Below, in pieces: positions 26,766-39,200 of a stretch of DNA of 64,000 nucleotides. The translations under genes were made by a program, and so were the position numbers. Location of the stretch: positions 258,432-322,431 of the forward strand of contig JAKMXF010000099.1 of assembly GCA_024704765.1 (NCBI GenBank), given 5' to 3'. This DNA is from Oopsacas minuta. Lineage: Eukaryota > Animalia > Porifera. Within the stretch, counting starts at the first letter, position 1, and each line of letters begins with the position of its first letter. The notes under the pieces were generated by a model, which searched no databases, was not told the DNA's origin, and was given only the letters and a program-made list of their open reading frames with translations.

Positions 26766-27206
26766 GTGTATATACATTGACATTGAAATAGACTGACAAA
26801 GCTTTGTACTGCTTAGTTTCACCTTTTCCATGTGGCGAAATATGGAACCGACCATCAAAAAATATATATAGCTCAGTATTTCATTTCACATGTCTCGCTA
26901 TTGGAAATTGAGTGACAAAACTTGGTATTGTTTTGGTTTACAATTTCGATGTTGCGAAATCTGAAACAGACTATCAAAAAACTTTGTATAGGTCAGGATA
27001 TCAACTCACTGGGTGAAAATGAGTGAAAAAGTTTGTATAGTCAAGTATTGCAGTGAATATTTGTGGACATTTGAAAATTGACTCATAATACTTTGTATTG
27101 TTTAGTTTCACAATATCTATGTTGCGAATGTGAAACTAAATATAAAGAACTTTGTATTGCTCAGTATATCTGCTCACATCAGACGCTATTGTCAATTGAA
27201 TGAAAC
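26766..27206 (-). repeat. Satellite block 5
   Basis: Same reverse-oriented unit as blocks 3 and 4. Confidence 0.85.
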
Positions 27207-30200
27207 CATAGCCGACTAAACATAAGGCCATTTCACTACTTTGGATCAGGGATAAGATCCAGTCAACTTTTTCTGACCTCAACACATTTATATCATTATA
27301 AATTACTCTATTCTTCTTCTTATTTAAGGATTATTATCATAAATATAGCAGTGTGGGTGTTTAATTGCTTCCCAGTACAAACACAAGTATATGATATGAC
27401 ACTATTAAATAGAATGATGAATCAAATTAAATTATTCAGAAGATAATTTCAGATATTTCCTTTTACTATCTTTGGAATTCCCGGAATAGGTAGTGGGGTT
27501 ATTTAGATTTTTGGCCTTATTGTTAAGTAAACAATTGGCTACTGTTGTCAAAAGTGAATGGAATAAGCCTTTTCCTTCTGTACAGCAATCGAAACACTCA
27601 TATAGCTAAGTCTTCAAACTCCTCAGTATCAAGTTTAAGAAGAGTTAGCTGCACTAAATTTGATCTTGAATCTGATCGTAGAAAATCATTGAGAACTGGA
27701 GAACGTTCAATATTTGTAAACACTTTCCAGATTGTAAAACTGAATTAAGAACTTGTTTAGATGGTCATTTAAGTCCGCCAGGATCTAGGAGTTGAATCAG
27801 CGAAAAATTAAAATCTATGTCTTCTATTTCTATAGACTTATCCTCAGTTAGTAGAGAGTAACATTCTGGGCACAATTCTGAAGTTATAGTTAATTTCCTT
27901 ATCAAACAAAAAGTTGCATACCCTCCGATGAAAGCTAGAGCTTGTCTTTCATCAGCATTCGGGGGCAAATCTTCAAAAGAGAGAACACATGTAAAGTGAT
28001 TAACATCCATCTTGTCACCACAACTATTTGTACAACCAAAATCAATAGCGCTTTCCTGGATTTGAAATGTACTGATAAATTCAATAAAGGATCCTCTATC
28101 TTTACGGACATAATCTTTCCTATGATATAACTTGAGAATATTGGACAGTTTTAGTACCCTTTCACTTTCTAGTACTTGACATACAGAAACATTATAGTTT
28201 GATCTGGACATCGGTCGATATAATCCAAAATGGTGTTAAATAGGATCATTTGTATAAAAGATGATAACGCATAAGAGAATCCACATTCTCCAGTCAAATA
28301 TTCTACAAGTTTTGGTAGAGCAATGCTTGAATGGCGAAGCTAGCAAAGGTCTGAGCTGTTAGTTTTCCTCTTGTAAATGGTAAGCTTTTCCAGTTATCTA
28401 GCCAATGAACAATTATAGATGTAACATTAAACTTGGGATCATTCCGCACAAGTGGTAGAGAGTCTCGATCATTGAGACGAACGCCCTTCCAAGGAATGTT
28501 GACATTGATAAGCTTCCAGACTTGACAAATCAAAGCTATAAAGTCACCAGTCTGATTGCTTTGAATATAATCTTTCGACTGATGTAAGGTGAAGGCAGCT
28601 ACATTAGTATAATCAAATACCCGAAGTGTAAGCTCAACGTTCTGTTTATCTAGGACAGATGACCAGCATGATTTGTAATTTAACTTTGGTGATAGTTTTG
28701 CAACAGAAAATTGGTTTAATTTGAAAAGTAACCTCAAATCCTAAATTAGAAGGAGTGGAATAAAAAGTGTAGGTGAAGTACTATAATAATAAAAAATATC
28801 TGAAAAGATGCTTTTGACAATCATACTGGGTGGGCAGAATTGGAAATATCTTCAAAGTTTGGATAAAAGAATGTACAGTCATCATCTTTTTGATTGGCCC
28901 AAATATTCCTAATAGACTTGATAATGTGTACAAGATCAAATACTAGATAAAGAGAGCGTCCACTACCATTGGGATGAGGGACACAGAGTAGAAGATCTGT
29001 ATCATTCCCAAGTTACTTGAAAAGATTCACATTCAAAGGATAGTTATCTGAGACAATCGCATCTACAATTAATCCACACTTTTCGATATCACAAACTATT
29101 CGCTGAGTAATTGGAAGTAAATTTGTTGCTTTAGGATTGGTTAGAGGGAACAAACGCACAACATTAGACCATTTCTTATACAAGCTGGTAACCATAAAGC
29201 ATACAATAGTTTTGGCTGCTTTATCTCATCTGATTTTGAACATTCAGCAGTACCAATAAACTTTCCTCCTTAAAACACAAAATATATAGAATGACTTCAT
29301 GAATTGAAATAATACAACAACGAACCTTTATAACTAATACAAGATTTCACATGAATCTCATCAATATTAGGGCAAACATGACGTTCATACTAATTAAATT
29401 CGGTTGTTTCTGCTCTGAGATAAGTCAAGAAATCCGTATCAAGGCCAAAGTTAGAATATAACCGAAATAATGATGATTCGTGAGGCAGAGAAACACAATC
29501 CATATTACGAAGTTATTAGTAACAAGCAGAAGATGATCAATGACACTTTAAAGATAATATCATTGTAACCATATTATACCGGTGACGTGTTTTATTTACA
29601 GTAGAGTTTTCTAGCTGGCCCAAAATAAAATAGAGCTGGGATAATAGGTTGGGGAACTTGTAGGTACTTAGAACCATAAGATAACTTGTAATTGCACTCA
29701 CTGAATTTAGATTTTATATATTATGAATCCTAACTGACTGATCAAATACTTGTTCCAGCAAGGAAATAGCTTGTTTCATGGAAGAAATGCAATGTGTAAG
29801 CTCTAAATAGATTGCAAATGTTGGGTAATTTTCGAAACAATGTTAATAAACTGTACAGAGTATAGGAAATTTGTCTTACCAATATCAACTGCATTATATT
29901 CAGTGTAATTAGACAATTCATCAATCAATGTAGAGGTCTGACGCATATCACAAATGGATTTGATTGATAGATTCACTAATATTCCATGATGGTAACATCT
30001 CACTTGAAGAAATTTGTCAATAGTGAAGCTATCTTGCACAGAAATAATCCCACTATTTGTTATTAGATGGACGATACTAATTACATCACCAATATTCCAA
30101 ACAACCTATTCTTGGGGATCATTATGTTATGTGATTTAGTGGTTATGTCATCTAAGTTAGAGAAAGTGAATTTTCTTTGCTCTTCTTCAAATACATCAAC

Positions 30201-32335
30201 GCTCTGTTTAAGTGCCTATATACAGTCTGTTACATAGTAATTATTTAGAGTTGTGAATCGTTATGTAAACCAACATAATTCTGAATTATTCTCAAATATC
30301 ATGGTTCTGATCGCTGTATTACAAAGTTTACCTATTTCTACCAATGTCTAACGATATTTGCTTAAACGACTTTCATTTTGGAGTTTTGTGAGTCGTGTAC
30401 AAAAATGTATGACGTCATTTATCGTAATTTTCACCTTTAATTAATAATATGATTGTATTTTTACAGTCACTTCAATAATAGAGCTGATAATGACTCAAAT
30501 TATGAAGAGAGAAATGATAAAGACCTTATACAATCAATACAGCTCAGTCCCAAACAAATTTCCTAAAATGTTGGAATCTCTTTGGCGACGGTCTACAATG
30601 TAAAGGCCCGGTTGGATGCTGGTGGAGAGATCTCTCACCAAAGGGAGCAGGAAGGCCCAATATCTTACGATCCGCTGTCAAGCACTCGGTCATACAACGG
30701 GTGAGAAGGTAAATCCTGCTTATCCCTTCGAACACTAACAAGTCGGGCTCCTTACAAGACATCCTACAGACATACGACGCATGTTGAAAGACCAGTCTTA
30801 CACCAAACCCTATCCAACTAAAACCCACATGCTTAGCGAAAAGAACCATTTGAAGCGCATAAGATGGGCCAAGAAGCACAAGTATCCTAAAAAGGAATGG
30901 GCAAACACTGTATTCCTTGACGAGATGTCGATGTGGTTATCTAGAGTGAGAATTAGGATGTGGACAAATCCAACAAAAAAGATTCGCTCCAACAACCAAA
31001 CATGTCCTCAAGATTCACGCGTGGGCTGCTTTTCATCCATGGGCACATTTCCACTGTGCATTTTACACAGAATGTGGATAGTAACTTGTTCTTACAGATG
31101 ATGGAGGGTCATTTGATAGCACAGGCAAATGTATTCCGTGAAAATAATTGGCGATTGGTCATGGATAATGATCCTAAACACACCTCATGGAAGGTCAAGG
31201 TTTGGCTCTCACAGAATGTCCCCAAACAAATTCCTTGGCCTTCACAAAGTCCAGACCTCAACCCTATCGAAATATATTTGGATGGGTTAAGCAGGAGCTG
31301 ATTAAACGGCCCTAGGAGCATTCCAGAACTAAAGAAAAGTTAGAAGCCTTATGGGATCGAATCGATCCTACATTATTGCGAGTTCACTGGGAATCCATGA
31401 CACGAAGGTGCCAAATGGCTGTTGATAACGATGGATATCCCATTAAAAATTGATTATGAATTATTTATTCACACAATAAAGTGATGATTTTCCGAATATC
31501 TGGTATTTCAGTTATTCCTCATCAAATAACAAAATTCTAAATATATATGTAGCAGACTGTAGTACAATACCATAAAACATGTAAGAATACAACTTAAATA
31601 TTTGACACAACTTGACATACTTGGATCTGTAAATCACGTTCCTTTTTGTCTCTATCAAGCCTTGGATATTTAATGGTGAGATCATTAAGGCGATCAGGAC
31701 AACCAGGAAGATATTTAGGTATTGCACCTTTCATCAGAGTAGCCTTTATTGTTCGTGTATTCATTTGACCATCAATCTCAAGATAAGTTTGCGTGTCAGC
31801 TATATCATCAGAATCTTAGTGCTTAGCACAAACAAAAATCTTTTTCATCGTGTGAAGATCTATTATATAATTACACATTTACGTAATGATGAATTAAGCC
31901 TAAGTCGTAGAAATATAATTTTAATTTATATCCAGGTTCTAAAGAAATACTTACCATATCTATGCAGAAATCGTTTCCACTTATGGACGATATTTTGTGG
32001 CCCAGAAGGAATATAAAACACTGCAACACCACTATGATCATTGTAGTATCCAGTAGTACATCTGGGAGCAGAACACGAGTTAGACATGTGCCAAAGAAAT
32101 AAACAATGAGCTAATAGTATTAAAGCAAAGTCTGTTAAAATAATTAGAAATTGAATTTAGAATAATATAATTCATAATATAAATCTCAGGAAATTATTGA
32201 TAAACCTGACACAAAATCAGTTTTATTCAAAAAATATATATTTACCTGATGAGTGTATAAGAAAATTCCCTTCATCATATCCCTGATCCATGCGCATTTA
32301 GCACAGTGAAATGGCCTTATGTTTAGTAGGCTATG
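27207..32335 (-). mobile_element. P-element/THAP9-like transposon, decayed, with nested Tc1
   Basis: 30-bp TIR CATAGCC(G/T)ACTAAACATAAGGCCATTTCACT. THAP-like start MSNSCSAPRCTTGY (~32090) and end LMKGAIPKY. Core fragments VSDNYPLN, FDLVHIIK, DKQNVELTLRVF and NDPI-HHFGLYR. No TSD detected. Confidence 0.8.
30223..31559 (+). mobile_element. Tc1 (DD34E) transposon, defective, copy B
   Basis: TA-flanked, with the same TIR and the same broken ORFs as copy A (18116-19451), in the opposite orientation. Confidence 0.92.
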
Positions 32336-33826
32336 GTTAAGCAGATTGTATAGTCAAGTATTGGAGTGAATATATGTTGACATTTTCCATTGAATGACAA
32401 CACTTTGTATTGTTTAGTTTCACAATTGAATGTGGCGAAATGTGAAACTGACAATCAAAAACTTTGAATAGCTCAGTATTTCAACTCACATGTGTCCCTG
32501 TGTGATAATGGGTTGAAAAGCTGTGACTGGTAAAGTATGGCAGTGAATATATGTTGACATGTAAAATTGACTGACAACAATTTGGAGTTTTTAGTTTCAC
32601 AGTTTCAATTTGGCGAAATGTGAAACTGAATATCAAGAACTTTGTATAGCTCATTATTTCACATCACATGAGACGCAATTGTCAATTGAGTGAAAAAGTT
32701 TATATGGTCAAGTATTGCAGTAAATATATGTGAACATTTGTACTAGACTGAAAACACTTTGTATTGTTTAGTTTCACAATTTCTATATGGAGAAATGTGA
32801 AACAGATAATCAAAAAATTGTATGGCTCAGTAATTCACTTCACATGTGTTGGTATATGATATTCACTGACAACACTTTGTATTGTATAGTTTCACAATAT
32901 CATGGTGGCGAAATGTGAAACTGACTATCACAAACTTTGTATAGCTTTGTATTTCACATCCCTAGGGTCCAAATTTGGATATTGGGTGGAATGCATTATA
33001 TTGTCCTGTACTGCAGTGAAGAGGTGCTGAGATCTCTAATTGGCTGACAACTCTTTGTCTAGATTAGTTTCACAATTTCTATGACGAAATTGGAAATTGA
33101 TTATCAAATCTTTGTACAGTTCAGTATTCACTTCACAAGTGTAGAAATTGGATAATGAGTGAAAACGCTTTTTATAGTCCAATATTGCAGTGACTATGTA
33201 CTGACAATACAAATTGACTATAAATCGTTGTTTACTTCAGTATTTTACTTGACACGTGTCGAAATGGATATTGATTGAATAGCATTTCTAGTCCAGTATT
33301 GGAGGCAATATTTACTGACATTTGTGATAGTTTGACAACTTTTTGTATTGCTGAGGTTCACTATTTCAATGTGGTAAAATTACACATATCAAGTGTCGAA
33401 ATTGGATTAAGAGTAAAATGCATTCTATAGTCCTGTATTGCAGTGAATATGAGCTGACATTCCAAATTGACTGACAACTTTTTGTATAGTTGAGGTTAAC
33501 AATTTCAAAGTAGCAAAATTTGAAATTGACTAACAGATCTTTCTACAGTTCACTATTTAACTTCGCAAGTGTCGAAATTTGATAATGAGTGATTATGCAT
33601 TCTATAGTCCAGTATTGCAGTGAATATGTGCTGACAATGCAAATTGACTGACACCTCTTAGTATAGTTCATTATTTCAATTCAAAAGTGTTGAGATTGGA
33701 GAATGAGTGAAAACGCTTTCTAGAGACCTGTAATTCAGGGAATATATGCTGACATTCGAAATTTAATGACAATTCATTGTATAGTTTAGTTTCACAATTT
33801 CTATTGACGAAATTGGAAATTGATTA
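32336..33826 (-). repeat. Satellite block 6, with variable subunit order
   Basis: Reverse-oriented ~58-60-bp subunits in irregular order. Confidence 0.85.
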
Positions 33827-36285
33827 CACAGGTCAACAAAATTCAACTTCATTTTCTCATCAAGTATTAGTTTGATATTTTCTCAGCTAGTTTTTACGCT
33901 GAATTCAAATCTGCTTTCAGATTCTTTTCAGCACGTCCAGTTTTTTTCCATCTACAAGTCAACGATTTTTATGTATTTCCTAAATTCTTCCTGTTATTTT
34001 ATAGTAGTGGCTGTCTTTTTGTCTTCTTACATAATAGCCATCTGAAATAAATCAACGTTTCGATGTTTTAGATTAATGCCAAGATAATATCAGTTATTAT
34101 CCTAGCTCTTACATATAATTATTCACATTCATGCATGTATCAACTACTCACAAACTAAGGGGAAATACATATCCATCTAGAAGTATAAAGGTAGCTAACT
34201 AATTTAAAAGTGTTGAGAGTACGACTTCCTTTTATATATCTTGTTAGGATTATCTCTGAAGAGCCTCCAACAGTAATCGGACATCGTGCCCTCATTCCAG
34301 AAACCTTGGTATCGGGTTTCCATCTCCTGTATGTCTTGGTGGAATCTCTCACCCTGTTCATCACTTACAGCACCAAGGTCTCAGGGAAAAATCAAGGTGA
34401 GAGTGCAAGAAGTGAAGTTTTAGCGACATGCGACAGCCCATCTTCTCGTCTGCGTTAAGCAAGGTTTCCACTCCTTCTCTGTAGTTGGACGACTTCATGT
34501 TGCCCAAAAAGTTTTCACAAACCCATGTGAAAGAATTCCCAGCACTCATTTCTAATTCGGATAATGTCTTCTCGAAATTTGGATCTCTGAATACTTGCCT
34601 GATTTGTGTTCCTACAAATACTCCCTCTTTTAACTTTGCCTCCCTTAATTTCGGAAATTCGCCTACTAAATGCAGAAATCCTGCTGAATTTGTTTTGCCC
34701 ATTGTTTTAACGAATGTTTTCATTAATCCAATTTTAATATGAAGTGGGGGTAAGAAAACTTTGTTTGGATCTACCAATGGCGAATGCTGTAAATTGATTT
34801 TCCCTACTTCATAGGTTCTCTTCGTCCAATCACATTTTTTATAATCTTCACCAGTTGCTCGGTTGTCCCATAGACATAGGAAACAACAATACTTTGTAAA
34901 ACCTTGTTGCAAGCCCATTAATAGCCCGATTATCTTAAGATCACCGCAGATATTCCATATATGTGTTCTATATTGTATTGCCTCCAAAACTTCCTGCAAA
35001 TTGACGAAGGTTTCTTTGAGATAGACGGAGTGAGCAATTGGAACGCCAGGCTATAGATTTCCGTTATGCAACAGAACAGCTTTCAAACTGCGTTTTGACG
35101 AGTCGATGAAAAGGCGCCAATCAGAGGAAGAATGTTATTGTAATAGGTTTGCATAGAGTCCTGTTGCGTAGGATTTTGACCCGCGTGGAATTTTGACCCG
35201 CAATACAAAATCCTAATGGCATATCCATGGTGCGGGTCAAAATCCTACGATGTAATATATGCGTAGGATTTTGACTCGCATCAAAATGTATTACACTAAT
35301 TAGAGCCTTAGGATTTGACCCGCATATAATATATTATTGTCGTAGGATTCTGACCCGTATATAATGTATTATTGTCGTACGATTTTGACTCTAAACTAAT
35401 CTTACTTCTCTTTCATTTGACTTTTTCGAATTCCATACACTTTCATTACGTAATTACCACTAAATGTACGTAATGTAATTCAACTTTAGACTAGCTATAC
35501 TTATACGTAACTGAATAAATAAGTCAATTTAGAGTTGGATTCTAGAAAGTGGTGAATTTGTTTGATAACATGTAAACTATGTTCCCACTATATATTACAA
35601 ATTTACAATATGTATAATCATCCAAAATGCCAAAAATGGACAGTATACGTATATAAATATTTTATATTAATATTACTTGGACAGGAGGTGGTAGGTATTT
35701 GATAATTGTGTTTAGTAACTCATAATAAATAATATAATTTAACATGTCAATCTATATATTGCAATATATTCTATCAAATAACAAAAATTTTACAAGCATT
35801 AGCATGATAATCAATATTCGGAATATCTTAAGTACGAATTGCAGGCGATTTCATCTTTACCCATTTCTCTATACTTACTAACAAGCTTTAAGGAATATAC
35901 CACTGAAATATGTTCATCTATTGGACAAGCGTAGACTATGCATTTGTTACGGGAGTCTTGGTATAATGTTGATACGCATATAGAGTTAGGTGAAAACCGC
36001 GAGCCTCTGGCACGCTGCATACTCCTGGAAAACACTAGATTTCTATAAACAAAACAAGTCTGCTGCGGTGGCCCCCTCCTTCCCCTTACAACCACCCCCT
36101 AACGCTAAACGTCTAACGTTAACCTCACCTTGTTTATTTGTGCAGTGTTGGAGCGAGTTTGGTGTGATTGCGATCACACCAAATTCGATTCTAAGCTGCA
36201 ACATAAACGAATACGTACAATAAATCGTAATTTAACAGACAGGCGAGGAGCTAACGGACACCGAACGGCAACAGACAAGGAGACA

Positions 36286-39200
36286 TTAAAAAATAAAATG
36301 TAGATAAGAAACTCGCTTGTATCTGATTCCATGCTGTATTTCATCTCGGCGTAGACTCGTCAGTTGCGCTGCAGCTCTCGCAATATACTTAGATGGTAGA
36401 GTGATGATATTCGCCACTGGGGATGTGCTGTTGCAGGTCGCGTTTCCGTTATCTGGGCTCACCATGATAGGGATTGCGTTGCCTGAATAACCTCGGGCAG
36501 AGGTTCCCACAAGGTTCGATGTACCTTGCCTTTGAGCGCTTTCGAATGATGGAAAAGAGTCGTGAATCGCTAAGAATTCGTCAGAAGAGTGCAAGAGGTA
36601 GAATACAGTATTGAGTGATCCGATGAAAGTGTCACAGTCCCAAAGTTGGATAATTGGTTCTCTCATTCCGTCATAATTATAGAATTGCCCGTTTTGGTAA
36701 AGGATTGAATAGAAGTGTCTATTACTCAATATACTAAAGCCAGCAAGTTGGTAGTGAAGTGTCCGTTGGTTGTGACTGATGGTAAAGTGTTTGTCAATAT
36801 CACTTGCAAAAATGTCTGGCAATTCGGATAGATGTCCGATTTCAATTGTTAGCATGACAGGTATTGGCTTGAATTGACCAGATATCCTCCCTAAGACAGC
36901 AGTAGTTGATCCACAAGACTTGCATTTAATAGGAACGAGACTTCGATTAACAGATGATTCCAGGTTTGTAATAACGCCTCCTATATTACTAATCATGGAT
37001 TGTGTCTCAAAGATATTGGTGCATTGGTGGCATTGGAAGATAGTGAAATATTTGTCGTTACACAAATCTTCTGTTCGTAAATATTTGATGATGTTACCCT
37101 CTGATCCAAAGAAATCATAAGACCGTATCAATCCTGAGGAATCATAAATAACTCCAAGCCCAATTTTAGTAGCAACATATTCTCGAAGTTTCTCAAATTC
37201 ACAATTAGCAGCCAATTGGAATATGTAATGGAATTCAGCTTCAATATGTGTACTTCCGATTAACTTCAGTGAGTCTATGATGGTTGCTTTATTCGAACTA
37301 AGAATAGCCAATATATTGTCGATAGAACAGGTGTTAGATTGCACGATGTTGTTATACTCTCCTCCCCATTTAGGATATGGGATAAGATCTGATGCATTTT
37401 GTATAGATTGTTCTGGTATTTCAATGATCTCATGAACTTGCTCAGTTGGGAATATTAACTCAATTATTACTGGTAATAGAACAGCAATCAGATAGTCAAG
37501 ATCTCTTCGTGTCTCTTCAGGTATTTCAGTAGGATAGGAGGAACGATGTTCTGCGTACCAATTACCGGCTGATACAGCAAGTTTCTCCTTAATCTCAAAA
37601 TTTAGTTCGTTGGGTGGATGGTAAGAATATAGTAAATTCAATGAAGTTCGAGATGCAGCTTTTGTAGCGAGTTTCTCATGTAGTTGGGTTAAGTATGTGT
37701 TATTGACAAGAGCTGATAGTATTCGAGGTTTCAATTGAAGTAGCTCAGAATCGATATTTTCATAGATCGAGTGTTGTTGCGGTGTTTCAAATGTTTCTTC
37801 CATGGTATCCAGGTTCAATATATCATCCAAAGAATCTAAATACAAATAAATATGTGAAATGTAGGATTACTATTACGTATTAATCAAATCAATACAGAAC
37901 ACAACTAGTTTATATGTACTTAATCATGGGCTGAGTCAATTGGTTATAGTTCAGTACAATATTGTCTCGCTAATATATTAACCGCTAGAAGGGAATTTGA
38001 AAGATCTTTTGGGCTTCTTTGATTTGCCTTTCTTCGTTCGAACCTGCCGTTTTTCGTTCATGCGAGAATGATATTTTCTTGATAGATGGATAGGTAATTT
38101 TGTTGTTTTATTATCTGGGTCTTTGCGAGCAACTAGGTGGCTTGGTTTAACTTCCTCTATCGTATATGGTCCCAAACATTTCTTTGCATCTTTTGTTCCT
38201 GGGAGTCGCTTGGCTTTCTTTATATTATGTACAAGTACCTCATCTCCTTCCACAAATTCTGATCTAAAGTTTACACAATGATTATACAAAGAAAATAATG
38301 TGCCAATTACGTACAGTTTGTAATGATGCTAATTATATAACTAAAAGTAAGTGTTTTGGAATTTAAGAATTCACATAATTGAGGAAACAATAAATTAGTT
38401 CTGATTCAAGATTATTTCATATTTATCTGAATATACAACAGTCAGTGAATTTAATTTAATTTTAGTAAGAGATGATGTATGAAATTCCAACATGTTACAT
38501 CACAACAAGAATGTGTTTCGTTATTGCTTACCTGTTGTGTTTAACTTTGCTGTCATATGTTTTCTTTTGAACTTTCTGACCAGCCTTGATGTTTTCAATA
38601 GCAGTCATCCTGTCAGCTTTACGTGTGGAAGAAAGATTTTCTATCCATTCGTTATCAATTATAGGAAAGTCAAATGGGCGTGGTTCGTTTGCATCCATTT
38701 GAATATTCTCATCCTCTGATACTTCTGCCTCTGAGATATCAGCTTCGGTTGGTAATCCGGGGTTAGTTGGAGAAGTGATAAGATTGAGAAGGTTAGATGA
38801 ATCAAAGTCTCTCCCAAACATGAGATAGAAGGGTGTGTAGCTTGTAGAGATTTGGTTTGAGTATTTGCTGCTAGTACTGCTGTCTGTAATTTCTCTGTCC
38901 ATTCAGTGTCCCCATCAGATTGTATCTTGTTGATTTTTCTATTTGTAAAAAGTGTTAAATTGATTCAAAGCTATCTAATTATAAACGACGTGTATTAAAC
39001 GTATGTAAGGCTTAGAATAGGTATATATTTATAATTAGCATCAATACTCACGTTTTCAATATTTTGTTGTGTGACTCAACAAGTCCGTTACTTTGTGGGT
39101 GGTATGCTGTGGTTCTTCTGGTGTTGATATTTATCTTCTTGTGAAATTCCTGAAATTCCTATTTTGAAAGTAAATAAGAGAACAATGACAATCTACTACG

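Noticed and set aside
19452-30222. Inversion of the segment between the two inverted Tc1 copies
   Set aside because: Each copy has matching flanks on both sides (satellite/satellite and P/P), so no flank exchange occurred.
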